64,000 bases of DNA. Source: Chryseobacterium gleum (GTDB taxonomy: Bacteria; Bacteroidota; Bacteroidia; Flavobacteriales_D; Sanyastnellaceae). The DNA is taken from assembly GCA_945878635.1 (NCBI GenBank), contig CAMCTV010000001.1, positions 11,123 to 75,122 on the forward strand. The letters are read 5' to 3'. Each line of letters starts with the position of its first letter. The stretch's first letter is position 1. Positions 26,418-35,146 of the stretch are shown here, in pieces. A program made the position numbers and the translations under genes. The notes beneath the pieces are model-generated. The model worked only from the letters and a program-made list of their open reading frames with translations. It did no database searches and was not told the DNA's origin.

Positions 26418-26873
26418 ATGGACAAGGATCTACACTATATGAAGTTGGCCATTGCTGAAGCCAATGAAGCATTGAAAAAAGATGAAGTTCCCATTGGATG
26501 CGTTATCGTTTGTGAAGACCGAATCATCGCTAGAGGACACAATCTAGTGGAAAGATTGAAAGATTTCACTGCACATGCCGAGATGCAAGCTTACACCGCT
26601 GCCTCTGAATATCTAGGCGGAAAATCACTTGAAAAATGTACACTGTACGTAACACTCGAGCCTTGCGTGATGTGCGCTGGAGGAGCTTATTTGACCAGAA
26701 TAGGTCGCATTGTCTTCGGTGCCTACGACTTGAAAAGAGGTTACACCCAATTTGAAAGACATCAAGGCAATGGACAGTCAATCATTCATCCAAAGACCAA
26801 TGTCTTAGGGGGTATAATGGAAGAAGAATGCAAAATAATGTTGCAATCCTTCTTCCAAAATAAACGAAACTAA
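26418..26873 (+). CDS. tadA: tRNA adenosine(34) deaminase
   Basis: 'HAEMQA' and 'PCVMCAGG' CDA zinc motifs, 151 aa. Confidence 0.9.
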   Translation: MDKDLHYMKLAIAEANEALKKDEVPIGCVIVCEDRIIARGHNLVERLKDFTAHAEMQAYTAASEYLGGKSLEKCTLYVTLEPCVMCAGGAYLTRIGRIVFGAYDLKRGYTQFERHQGNGQSIIHPKTNVLGGIMEEECKIMLQSFFQNKRN

Positions 26874-26874
26874 A

Positions 26875-27291
26875 TTAGCGCTTCTTACCTGTTTTGGCAG
26901 GAGCACCTTTCTTAGCTGGAGCTGCTTTCACGGGTGCTGCCTTTACAGGAACATCCTTTACAACTGAAGATGAAGTTTTACCCATTTTCAAAATTTGGTA
27001 AAGTTCATCCTTCTCTTTCAAAACATCGCGTAGCATGGAATTCTCCATTCTGCACAAATCCAAAGCATCAGATTCCATTTCGGTTCTGAATCGTTTGGCG
27101 TAAAATGTGAAAAAATTGAAATCCAAGACTTCACAAACACGGGCCAAAAGATCCGTATCCATGCTCTTTCTTTCAAAAATTTTATAGACATTGGGGGTTG
27201 ATACATTCAACAATTTCGCCATCGTCTCAGTCCGCATACCTTTCTTTTTGGCACACTTTCTAATTTCTGTTCCTATATGTAAAACTTCCAT
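26875..27291 (-). CDS. HTH DNA-binding protein with histone-H1-like Lys/Ala/Pro C-terminal tail
   Basis: N-terminal XRE-like HTH 'MRTETMAKLLNVSTPNVYKIFERKS', a central helical segment, and the tail 'KDVPVKAAPVKAAPAKKGAPAKTGKKR' (26878-26958). Confidence 0.6.
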   Translation of the reverse strand: MEVLHIGTEIRKCAKKKGMRTETMAKLLNVSTPNVYKIFERKSMDTDLLARVCEVLDFNFFTFYAKRFRTEMESDALDLCRMENSMLRDVLKEKDELYQILKMGKTSSSVVKDVPVKAAPVKAAPAKKGAPAKTGKKR

Positions 27292-27517
27292 GCAGCCAAA
27301 CTATAAAAAATAAAGGCTCGTGTCCATTGTATTGAAGTTCAACAAATCAGTTTTTTTCCCCTTAAATGATAAAAACACTTGAAACAATATGAAAAAAAAG
27401 CAATGAAATCAACGGGTCCAAGAGGGCCCACAAATTCAATAACCGTTAACTTTGGAAAATTAACTTAATACAAAAAATATTGGGTTTTTAACATTTTTAC
27501 GCTTCAACCCAAAGCAC

Positions 27518-29212
27518 TTAGTACGCTATGGCTACTTTTTCTCTAATTTTCATTTCCATTTCATTGGCCAAAGTTTCCAAATGATTTGCCTTTTCAATCA
27601 AATTTGTTGTGAACTCCTTGTCCTTGATTCCACTTGCATTGATTTTCACATTCATTACCGATCCCAAAACTGCTGCCCTTATGCACAATGCACCAACGCC
27701 AGCATCGGTGATGGAATTTGGATTTCCTTCATTCACCATTTGCAAACAAATATCCATTGCCTCAAGTGCTACCTCAGCAGTTCTCAGTGGGATTTCCATT
27801 GCATATTTTGAAGCCAACTCTATGGCCGCAGAACGAGACTTTTTCTCATCCTCTGTTCCTTTAGGTAAGCCAAAAGCCTCCATAATTTGATTAAAGGCGT
27901 GGGTATCTTCATCAACCAATTGAAGCAATTCTTTTTGTATTTTCATACCACGCTCTGCAACATCAGAAAATACTTTCCATCTCTGATCCCAACCGCGTTT
28001 GTGACTGCTCAAGTTGGCAACCATAACACCCAATGAAGCGCCCAGAGCTCCAACATATGCACTAACTGAACCTCCACCAGGTGCAGGACTCTCGCTGGAA
28101 GTCTCGTTGGCCAATTCTCTTGCACTCATGGAAATCAAACGATTTCTAGAACCCATCTTTCCCTCCAATACATACTCAATGATTTTCTCACGGGGATTGA
28201 AAGGGGCCAGGTCATCTAGGCCCAAGGATTTAATGGCAATTTTAATTTTCTCTTCGTCGGAAATACCCAATGAGCGCTCTTGTTTGGCCAAAAAATAATC
28301 TGCTGCATCCAACATGGACTGCAATGGAATTAACCCTACCAATTCAGATCCTGTAACCCTTATTCCTCTCTCCAAAGATTTGGTACAAGCTTCCTCAAAA
28401 GCCACATGCACGGGCGTAATGGATATATCAGTCAGATTCAAAGAAAGTTGTGCAATCCCATACTCATCAATGTACCAACCAATGCCTTTAACGCTCTTGA
28501 GGGTTCCAGGAACACGAACCGGCTCACCCTTATCATCTAAAACTGGTTTTCCAGAAATAGGATCTCCCTCTCTCAAGGTTCGTCCTGCCTCTCTAATGTC
28601 AAATGCAATGGCATTGGCTCTGCGCGTAGATGTTGTGTTTAAATTGATATTATACGCAACCAAGAAATTTCTTGCTCCAATGGTAGTCAGTCCCGCCCTT
28701 CTTACTGTATCGGTAATCATCGATGGTCCAAAGTCTGGTTTGCCTTCTGTCGTGGTTATCTTCTCTAACGCTTCATACTCTCCCTTTCTGCAAACTGCCA
28801 GATTTCTTCTCTCCGGCGTTAAAGCAGCCGACTCATAATAATAACCTGCAATTCCCAATTCCTCTCCTACTCTTTTTCCCAATGCTCTGGCCAATTCAAC
28901 ACACTCTTCCATGCTCACACCTGCAATTGGGACAAATGGACAAACATCTGTGGCGCCTTGACGCGGATGCTCCCCTTTGTGCGTTGTCATATCAATCAAC
29001 TCTGACGCTTTTTTAATCAATAAAAATGCCGCTTCCTGAACAGCCGCGGGCTCGCCAGCAAAGGTGATCACGGTTCGGTTTGTTGATGCTCCTGGATCAA
29101 CATCCAACAACATTACCCCCTTTACTTTTTTAACTTCCGCTACAATGGCGTCAATTTTTAAACGGTCCCTTCCCTCCGATATGTTGGGTATACATTCAAT
29201 GATTCTATTCAT
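27518..29212 (-). CDS. Bifunctional glutamate formimidoyltransferase / formimidoyltetrahydrofolate cyclodeaminase
   Basis: 'IIECIPNISEGRD' FT N-terminus, FT_C region, then the cyclodeaminase helical domain ('SESPAPGGGSVSAYVGALGASL'). Confidence 0.9.
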   Translation of the reverse strand: MNRIIECIPNISEGRDRLKIDAIVAEVKKVKGVMLLDVDPGASTNRTVITFAGEPAAVQEAAFLLIKKASELIDMTTHKGEHPRQGATDVCPFVPIAGVSMEECVELARALGKRVGEELGIAGYYYESAALTPERRNLAVCRKGEYEALEKITTTEGKPDFGPSMITDTVRRAGLTTIGARNFLVAYNINLNTTSTRRANAIAFDIREAGRTLREGDPISGKPVLDDKGEPVRVPGTLKSVKGIGWYIDEYGIAQLSLNLTDISITPVHVAFEEACTKSLERGIRVTGSELVGLIPLQSMLDAADYFLAKQERSLGISDEEKIKIAIKSLGLDDLAPFNPREKIIEYVLEGKMGSRNRLISMSARELANETSSESPAPGGGSVSAYVGALGASLGVMVANLSSHKRGWDQRWKVFSDVAERGMKIQKELLQLVDEDTHAFNQIMEAFGLPKGTEDEKKSRSAAIELASKYAMEIPLRTAEVALEAMDICLQMVNEGNPNSITDAGVGALCIRAAVLGSVMNVKINASGIKDKEFTTNLIEKANHLETLANEMEMKIREKVAIAY

Positions 29213-29226
29213 TTGATTCTATTTTC

Positions 29227-29745
29227 TTAAAACACAATAGTAATACGCTTTCTTTCTTTAAGCAAAGTCTCCTTCCAATCTGCCAGAGTTTTTCCATCTT
29301 TCAATGATTGCAGAAAAAGTCCTGAAGGAAAAATTTCTCTTGAATTTACTTCAACATTGTTCCATTCTCCTTCCCATTGATTGGTATACTGCATGATCAA
29401 ATCACGATAGGCTTCTAATACAGCCAGTAAATGATGCAGGCCAATAAACAAATCCTCAAAATCCAAACTTTTATGAATCATCAGCTTTGTGCTGGCCATA
29501 CCACGCTCAAATGCATTGAGATCACTGAATTGGTATTGATCTAAGAACATGACCCGCTTCTCCGGAAACTGAATTTGAATAATTCTTTGACATTCTTCCA
29601 AGCGCTTTCGAATCAATTTTGGCAAATAAATCTGTTCCAAAACCACCTTCTTCAAGTCAAACAACTTTTGTGAATACAACTCAATCCATTCGTCTTCATT
29701 CAAAGAATCTGTAAAACCCCAATATTTGCACAAATCCAAATTCAT
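29227..29745 (-). CDS. Hypothetical cytoplasmic protein
   Basis: 172-aa ORF with no signal peptide or recognised motif, 14 nt upstream of FTCD on the same strand. Confidence 0.5.
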   Translation of the reverse strand: MNLDLCKYWGFTDSLNEDEWIELYSQKLFDLKKVVLEQIYLPKLIRKRLEECQRIIQIQFPEKRVMFLDQYQFSDLNAFERGMASTKLMIHKSLDFEDLFIGLHHLLAVLEAYRDLIMQYTNQWEGEWNNVEVNSREIFPSGLFLQSLKDGKTLADWKETLLKERKRITIVF

Positions 29746-29798
29746 AAAACAAAGTTAATGGCATGGTGTTGGTTCGGGGAATGATTATTTTTGTTTTT

Positions 29799-31100
29799 AT
29801 GGAAAAGAAATTTTTATTCATGCTATCTGCGCTGATTTTCGGTTTTTCCGTATTGGCCACAGAACCGCAAAGAACCACCATCAAAGGAAACTATTCTCAC
29901 AACAATTTTAAAACCATCATCATTTGGTCAACCATTGGCAAAGTGATGGAAGTGGTTGACTCTACCAAATTGATCAATGGTCAATTTGAATTCAAACCCC
30001 GGTTTTACAAACAAGGCATGTATCTGATTGGTGTTAATGAAAGCAACCATGTCCCCATTCTTTTGGACAATGAGCCTTTGATAGAACTGACCGCCAATGG
30101 ACCCAAATTGGAAACCAATTTAAAATACAACCAATCCAAACTAAATATCGCTTACATCGATTATATACCTAAAGAAATTAAAATCAATAACGCCATCCGA
30201 GCAGCACACAAAAAAGAAGGAAATGACAGTACCATTATCCGACTGAAAGAATCTCGAATAGCGGAAATGAGAGACTCCTTGCGTCGTGCTCACACAGGCA
30301 CATTTCTGGACAAACTCATAGGATGGAAGAGTGACATACTTCCATTGCAAAAAACAACATTCTGGAATAATTTTGACTTTAATGACACCGCAATTGTCCG
30401 ATGTACTGTGTTAAACGACCGCATTCAACGCTACATGCGCAAATTCTCAAAAGGTGAAAATTCCGGATATATTCAATGCATTGAGGAAATTTTAACCAAG
30501 GCATCCATCAATGATGCAGTATATGAATTTGCGGTTTATCAGATGATAACAGGTTTCTTTGAAAGTGGAATGGACAACATAACAGCCTATTTGATTGATC
30601 AAAAACTGAATGGTGAAAGTTGTGGAGAAGATGACATTCACAAATTACTGACCAAAACAGCCAACTCCATTCAACAGCTAACCGTTGGACATAACCCACC
30701 CAATTTCCAGGCTAAACTAAGAGATGGCAGCGCATTTGAATTGAAAAATGTTGTAGCAAAAAACAAATACACCGTCCTGATGTTCTGGAGTTCTTGGTGT
30801 GAACATTGCAAAGCCGCTGCTCCTGAAATCAAGGATTTTCATGAAAAGTACAGCAAAGAAAAAATCACACTGGTTGGATATAGTTTAGACAACAATCAAC
30901 AAATGTGGGAAAATGCGCTGAATGAAAGAGGCTTTGTATTCCCCAATATCTTTGGAGGAAAACAATGGGATTCTCCTGTTTCAAAATTGTACAAGGTCAA
31001 TAAAACACCACTGTTCTTTGTAGTGGATCAAAATGGCACCCTTCAACTGAAGGCCAAGAGCATTCAAGAAGTAGAGAAATTTATTGGCAGTTCAAAGTAA
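29799..31100 (+). CDS. TlpA-like periplasmic thiol-disulfide oxidoreductase with long N-terminal domain
   Basis: ATG 29799 gives the MEKKFLFMLSALIFGFSVLA signal peptide. C-terminal thioredoxin fold 'MFWSSWCEHCKAAAPE'. Confidence 0.8.
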   Translation: MEKKFLFMLSALIFGFSVLATEPQRTTIKGNYSHNNFKTIIIWSTIGKVMEVVDSTKLINGQFEFKPRFYKQGMYLIGVNESNHVPILLDNEPLIELTANGPKLETNLKYNQSKLNIAYIDYIPKEIKINNAIRAAHKKEGNDSTIIRLKESRIAEMRDSLRRAHTGTFLDKLIGWKSDILPLQKTTFWNNFDFNDTAIVRCTVLNDRIQRYMRKFSKGENSGYIQCIEEILTKASINDAVYEFAVYQMITGFFESGMDNITAYLIDQKLNGESCGEDDIHKLLTKTANSIQQLTVGHNPPNFQAKLRDGSAFELKNVVAKNKYTVLMFWSSWCEHCKAAAPEIKDFHEKYSKEKITLVGYSLDNNQQMWENALNERGFVFPNIFGGKQWDSPVSKLYKVNKTPLFFVVDQNGTLQLKAKSIQEVEKFIGSSK

Positions 31101-31108
31101 GCCTTTTC

Positions 31109-31116
31109 TATCTTTG
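31109..31116 (+). promoter_or_regulatory. Candidate -7 box TATCTTTG upstream of mgtE
   Basis: Exact TAnnTTTG match, 41 nt before ATG 31158. Confidence 0.35.
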
Positions 31117-31157
31117 TTTCGATAATCAGTTTTAACCAAATCAATGGACCCTTCCCG

Positions 31158-32546
31158 ATGTATATCAAAATTACCAAAGAGCTGCTGGCAGATATTCGCC
31201 GCTCCATTGCTGAAGGGAGGGATACTGCATTAGAAAATCTAACCACTGAACTTCACCCTGCTGATTTAGCGGAGCTCATCAATGAATTGCGTCCTGAAGA
31301 GGCCGTTTATTTATACCGTACTTTAGATGAGGTGCGTGCAGCGGATGTCATGCTGGAATTGGATGAGGATGTCCGCAATCAACTATTGAGTACCCTTACA
31401 TCAAGGGAGATTGCAGAAGACCTTATTGAAAATTTCAACAGTGATGATGCAGCAGACGTTATTGCAGAACTACCTGAGGAGAAACAGGAGGAAGTAATCG
31501 CTCTTATCGAAGACAGTGAAGCCGCTAACGACATCATTGATTTGATGAACTATGAAGAGGGTACAGCTGGAGCGTTAATGGCCAAAGAATTGATCAAAGT
31601 CAATGCCCATTGGAGTGTTGCTATGGCCATCAGAGAAATGCGCAAGCAAAGCGAGGACCTTGACAGCATCTACACCATTTATGTAGTGGATGATTTCAAT
31701 AAAATCATAGGAACACTCAGCATGAAAATGTTGATCTTTTCATCTGCCAGTCTTAGATCGTCCATCAGTGAACTTTATACCAATAAAAAAGTATATACCG
31801 TCAATACCGCAACACCTGTTGAGGAAGTGGCCAATGTGATGAAAAAATATGATCTCGTGGTTATTCCTGTTTTGAATGATAGTCAAGAACTGGTAGGACG
31901 AATTACCATAGACGATGTATTGGATGTCATCCAAGAGGAAGCGGACAAAGATTATCAATTGGCATCCGGTATCTCTGAAGATGTTGAGTCCAGCGATAGC
32001 ATTTGGACATTGACCAGAGCACGTTTGCCATGGCTATTGATTGGCATGGGTGGTGGAATGAGCAGTGCATACATCATCGGGCTTTATGACATCACTGAAA
32101 ACCCTCAAATGGCGATTTTCATGCCGCTCATTGCTGCGACAGGAGGAAATGTTGGTGTTCAATCAGCCGCATTGGTTGTAAAAGCCTTGGCCAATCAAAG
32201 TGAACTAGACGAAACCGTTTGGAGAAAAATTTTAAAAGAATTTGGTGTCGGCGCTTTTAATGGTTTGATATGTTCCATCATCATCTTTCTTACCACTCAG
32301 CTGTTTCACTTTGATATTGGAATGAGCCTCACAGCAAGTATAGCGCTTTTTAGCGTTATCGTATTTGCGAGCGTTTCAGGAACTTATATTCCTTTGACTT
32401 TACACAAGTTTGGAATTGACCCTGCATTGGCTACCGGACCATTTATCACCACCACCAATGACATCATTGGCCTTATCATTTATTTTGGCGTTGGTCACAT
32501 GCTATTGCAGCAATTTTTATCGGTACCATTTAATATTTTTCATTGA
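31158..32546 (+). CDS. mgtE: Magnesium transporter MgtE
   Basis: MgtE_N acidic helical domain, tandem CBS, and C-terminal TM domain with 'GGNVGVQSAALVV' and 'DPALATGPFITTTNDIIGL'. Confidence 0.95.
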   Translation: MYIKITKELLADIRRSIAEGRDTALENLTTELHPADLAELINELRPEEAVYLYRTLDEVRAADVMLELDEDVRNQLLSTLTSREIAEDLIENFNSDDAADVIAELPEEKQEEVIALIEDSEAANDIIDLMNYEEGTAGALMAKELIKVNAHWSVAMAIREMRKQSEDLDSIYTIYVVDDFNKIIGTLSMKMLIFSSASLRSSISELYTNKKVYTVNTATPVEEVANVMKKYDLVVIPVLNDSQELVGRITIDDVLDVIQEEADKDYQLASGISEDVESSDSIWTLTRARLPWLLIGMGGGMSSAYIIGLYDITENPQMAIFMPLIAATGGNVGVQSAALVVKALANQSELDETVWRKILKEFGVGAFNGLICSIIIFLTTQLFHFDIGMSLTASIALFSVIVFASVSGTYIPLTLHKFGIDPALATGPFITTTNDIIGLIIYFGVGHMLLQQFLSVPFNIFH

Positions 32547-33487
32547 TGTCCAAGGTCGTATTTCTAGACAGCGTGCATGATGTATTGTTCAACGATTTAG
32601 AAAATCACGGTTACCACTGCATTTGGGATGAGGACAACACGCTTGATTACATTTCACAGAATCACCAAGAAATAGTAGGCATTGTTATCAGAAGTCGTTT
32701 TGTACTAAATGCCAATAACATTAATCTATTTCCAAATTTAAAATGGATTGCACGATCGGGATCTGGATTGGAAAACATTGATGTCGATTATTGTAATAAT
32801 AAACAAATTCAAGTTTTCAGTTCGCCAGAAGGAAACGCAGAAGCCGTGGGTGAATTTGTTCTGGGGGCCATTCTAACTTTGATAAGAAAAATCACTTCTG
32901 GCAATAACTCAGTCAGAAAAAACCTTTGGCTAAGAGAGGAACACAGAGGAATTGAGTTGTCCAATCAAAACGTTGCCATCATTGGTTTGGGACACATGGG
33001 TAAAAGCGTTGCCCATAAATTAAAATCGATAGGTTGTCGAATCATTGCTCATGACACCGCACTCATCGAAAGCCCTCTCTCACATGTGGAGCTGGTTTCT
33101 TTGGAAACGATTTTCGAAGAAGCAGACATCATTAGCCTGCATCTTCCGTTAACCTTCGAGACAAAAGCATATGCCAATAAAACGTTTTTCAGCGCATTCA
33201 AAAAACCCATCTACTTCATCAATACCGCTCGGGGACAGCACTGTGTGACGAATGATCTATTGGATGCATTGGATAGCAACAATGTATTGGGAGCTGCCCT
33301 AGATGTCTTAGAGTTTGAAGGAACCAATCTCCAATTGGAACACAAAGACAACAGCATTTATAACAGACTCATTCAAGAAAAAAAAGTCATTCTAACTCCT
33401 CACATTGCAGGATGGACCACAGAATCCTATTTCAAACTTTCCAAGGTACTCAGCACGAAAATCATTCAGACCTTTAATCCTGCTTGA
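32543..33487 (+). CDS. D-isomer-specific 2-hydroxyacid dehydrogenase (PGDH-like)
   Basis: 'VAIIGLGHMGKSVA' NAD motif, 'INTARG', 'LDVLEFE', 'LTPHIAG'. Confidence 0.85.
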   Translation: MMSKVVFLDSVHDVLFNDLENHGYHCIWDEDNTLDYISQNHQEIVGIVIRSRFVLNANNINLFPNLKWIARSGSGLENIDVDYCNNKQIQVFSSPEGNAEAVGEFVLGAILTLIRKITSGNNSVRKNLWLREEHRGIELSNQNVAIIGLGHMGKSVAHKLKSIGCRIIAHDTALIESPLSHVELVSLETIFEEADIISLHLPLTFETKAYANKTFFSAFKKPIYFINTARGQHCVTNDLLDALDSNNVLGAALDVLEFEGTNLQLEHKDNSIYNRLIQEKKVILTPHIAGWTTESYFKLSKVLSTKIIQTFNPA

Positions 33488-34055
33488 TTTCTTCCTGAAC
33501 AGGTTGAACTTCCTTTTCTTCCACATCAATACCTCTGGCTCGATCAAGCTCAGCCTGATAACGCCTCATCACCCTATCTGTTACCTCCAAATCAAAAAGA
33601 AACAGTCGTTCATTTGGATCATATTGAAAAGTAGCTATGGGCAACATCGCAACAACATCTTTGAAACCTTCAGGGCGCTTGTCCACGGTCAGCTTGAGGT
33701 CAATCATACAACTTTTTTTCCACGCTTTATCTGGTACATTATACGTATCAAAAGCTATTTTTTTTGTTATATAATCTGGATACTCAAAAGCAGCAACATA
33801 CTTGGCATTCTCCACCAAATGAAACTGAAACACACCCATTGAATTGGCTTTGATGGTATAAGATTGATTGCCTTCCTCTGAATTTGTAATCGTAATACTT
33901 CCTGGTAAACTCAATGTTGAATCAGCATTGTCCACCAATATTCCTTGAACAAAAACACTGTGTCCTTCTGGATGAGGTTTGAGCCATTCTGGCTTTTGGG
34001 CAAACGAACAAACAGCAACCGATACAAAAATTAGGGTAAGTACTTTAGTTTTCAT
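33474..34055 (-). CDS. Hypothetical secreted protein
   Basis: Signal peptide MKTKVLTLIFVSVAVCSFAQ, no recognised motif, acidic C-terminus. Its 3' end overlaps the dehydrogenase 3' end by 14 nt. Confidence 0.55.
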   Translation of the reverse strand: MKTKVLTLIFVSVAVCSFAQKPEWLKPHPEGHSVFVQGILVDNADSTLSLPGSITITNSEEGNQSYTIKANSMGVFQFHLVENAKYVAAFEYPDYITKKIAFDTYNVPDKAWKKSCMIDLKLTVDKRPEGFKDVVAMLPIATFQYDPNERLFLFDLEVTDRVMRRYQAELDRARGIDVEEKEVQPVQEEIKQD

Positions 34056-34600
34056 TTTTCATTCATTTTATCGCTTCTTACTCTCTTGTAGGCTTTTATC
34101 GCCAGGGTAAGAACTACACCCAAACCTACCAAGCCCAGGGCACCCCAAAACCACGAAATAGAATCTTTATTCACAACGACAAATACAATAGCTACCAATA
34201 AAATGGTCCCAACTTCATTCCACATCCGCAACTTAAAACCACTTAATCCAATCGCTTTGAATTTTCCTCTGTTGTATATCAGCTGTCCTTTCCATTGATA
34301 AAGGAGGAGACAAAGGATAAAAAACAGTTTAAGGTGCATCCATGGCATACTCAAATACCCACGGTTCAATACCAAAAGCCAAGTGCCAAAAATCAAGGTC
34401 AAAACACAAGATGGCCAAGTAATGATGTACCAAAGTCGATACTCCATCAAACGATATTGACGCAGTAAAATATCCCTTTCTGGATTGTCCTTTGTTTCAG
34501 CTTCCGCATGATACACAAACAAACGATAGATATAAAACAAACCTGCAAACCAGGTGACGACAAATATGATGTGCAATGACTTAACGATGTTGTAATCCAT
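34052..34600 (-). CDS. hemJ: Protoporphyrinogen IX oxidase HemJ (CopD-like)
   Basis: ATG 34600 gives MDYNIVKSLHIIFVVTWFAGLFYIYRLFVYH, the conserved HemJ N-terminus. Four or five TM helices. Confidence 0.8.
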   Translation of the reverse strand: MDYNIVKSLHIIFVVTWFAGLFYIYRLFVYHAEAETKDNPERDILLRQYRLMEYRLWYIITWPSCVLTLIFGTWLLVLNRGYLSMPWMHLKLFFILCLLLYQWKGQLIYNRGKFKAIGLSGFKLRMWNEVGTILLVAIVFVVVNKDSISWFWGALGLVGLGVVLTLAIKAYKRVRSDKMNEK

Positions 34601-34630
34601 GGGACGAAGATAATCATGTAACTTCGCAGT

Positions 34631-35146
34631 ATGAAACCTGTTTACGCAAAAGATACCCATACCACCACTACCCACTTGGTGCTGCCTGAAAACACCAACA
34701 CTCTGGGAAACCTGATGGGCGGTCAGTTATTGAATTGGCTAGACATCGCCAGTGCCATTTCCGCACAGAGACATTGCAGAAGAGTCGTGGTAACTGCAGC
34801 TGTGAACAATGTATCTTTTCAGCACCCCATTAAGTTGGGTGATTTGGTTGTCATAGAAGCCAAAGTATCGCGTTCATTCAATTCCTCCATGGAAGTTTTC
34901 ATGGATATATTCGTAGAGCATGGTTCAACAGGAGAAAAAATCAAATGCAATGAAGCCATTTATACTTTTGTGGCTGTAGACCAATTGGGAGGTCCCATCA
35001 ATGTACCTGAGCTTCTTCCTGAAACTGAAGTTGAAAAAATGAGGTATGACGGCGCTTTGAGAAGAAGACAATTGCGATTGATTCTTGCAGGAAAAATGAA
35101 ACCTGAGGATGCAACTGAGCTTAAGGCCTTATTCGATAGGCATTAA
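34631..35146 (+). CDS. Acyl-CoA thioesterase (hotdog fold)
   Basis: 'LVLPENTNTLGNLMGGQLLNWLDIA', 'VTAAVNNVSFQHPIKLGD', 'TFVAVD'. Confidence 0.85.
   Translation: MKPVYAKDTHTTTTHLVLPENTNTLGNLMGGQLLNWLDIASAISAQRHCRRVVVTAAVNNVSFQHPIKLGDLVVIEAKVSRSFNSSMEVFMDIFVEHGSTGEKIKCNEAIYTFVAVDQLGGPINVPELLPETEVEKMRYDGALRRRQLRLILAGKMKPEDATELKALFDRH

Noticed and set aside
26878-26958. K/A/P tail coding region as a tandem DNA repeat or VNTR
   Set aside because: There are only about two imperfect 15-nt units (VKAAP VKAAP). That is too short and degenerate to call a repeat feature, so it is treated as a protein low-complexity tail.
27292-27517. The 226-nt intergenic region as a riboswitch, sRNA or small-ORF locus
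   Set aside because: I see no match to any riboswitch core I know. The only ORFs are 5-20 codons with no convincing start context. The GGGTCC..GGGCCC element is imperfect. It is kept only as context for the HTH-gene finding.
28314-28838. 174-aa plus-strand ORF (and 28014-28298, 28723-29016) antisense to FTCD
   Set aside because: These lie inside a gene with unmistakable FTCD motifs and have no motifs of their own. They are typical antisense shadow ORFs.
31101-31157. M-box (Mg2+) riboswitch upstream of mgtE
   Set aside because: The gap is only 57 nt, far too short for an M-box of about 160 nt, and no conserved M-box segments are seen.
34601-34675. N-terminal extensions proposed by the ORF track (HemJ here; also 36535-36681, 36547-36612, 37349-37384, 42779-42811, 55125-55211, 55946-56059, 29763-29798, 39957-40004, 15587-15661)
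   Set aside because: Internal ATGs give canonical N-termini (signal peptides, lipoboxes, conserved family starts) and remove implausible overlaps with divergent or upstream genes.
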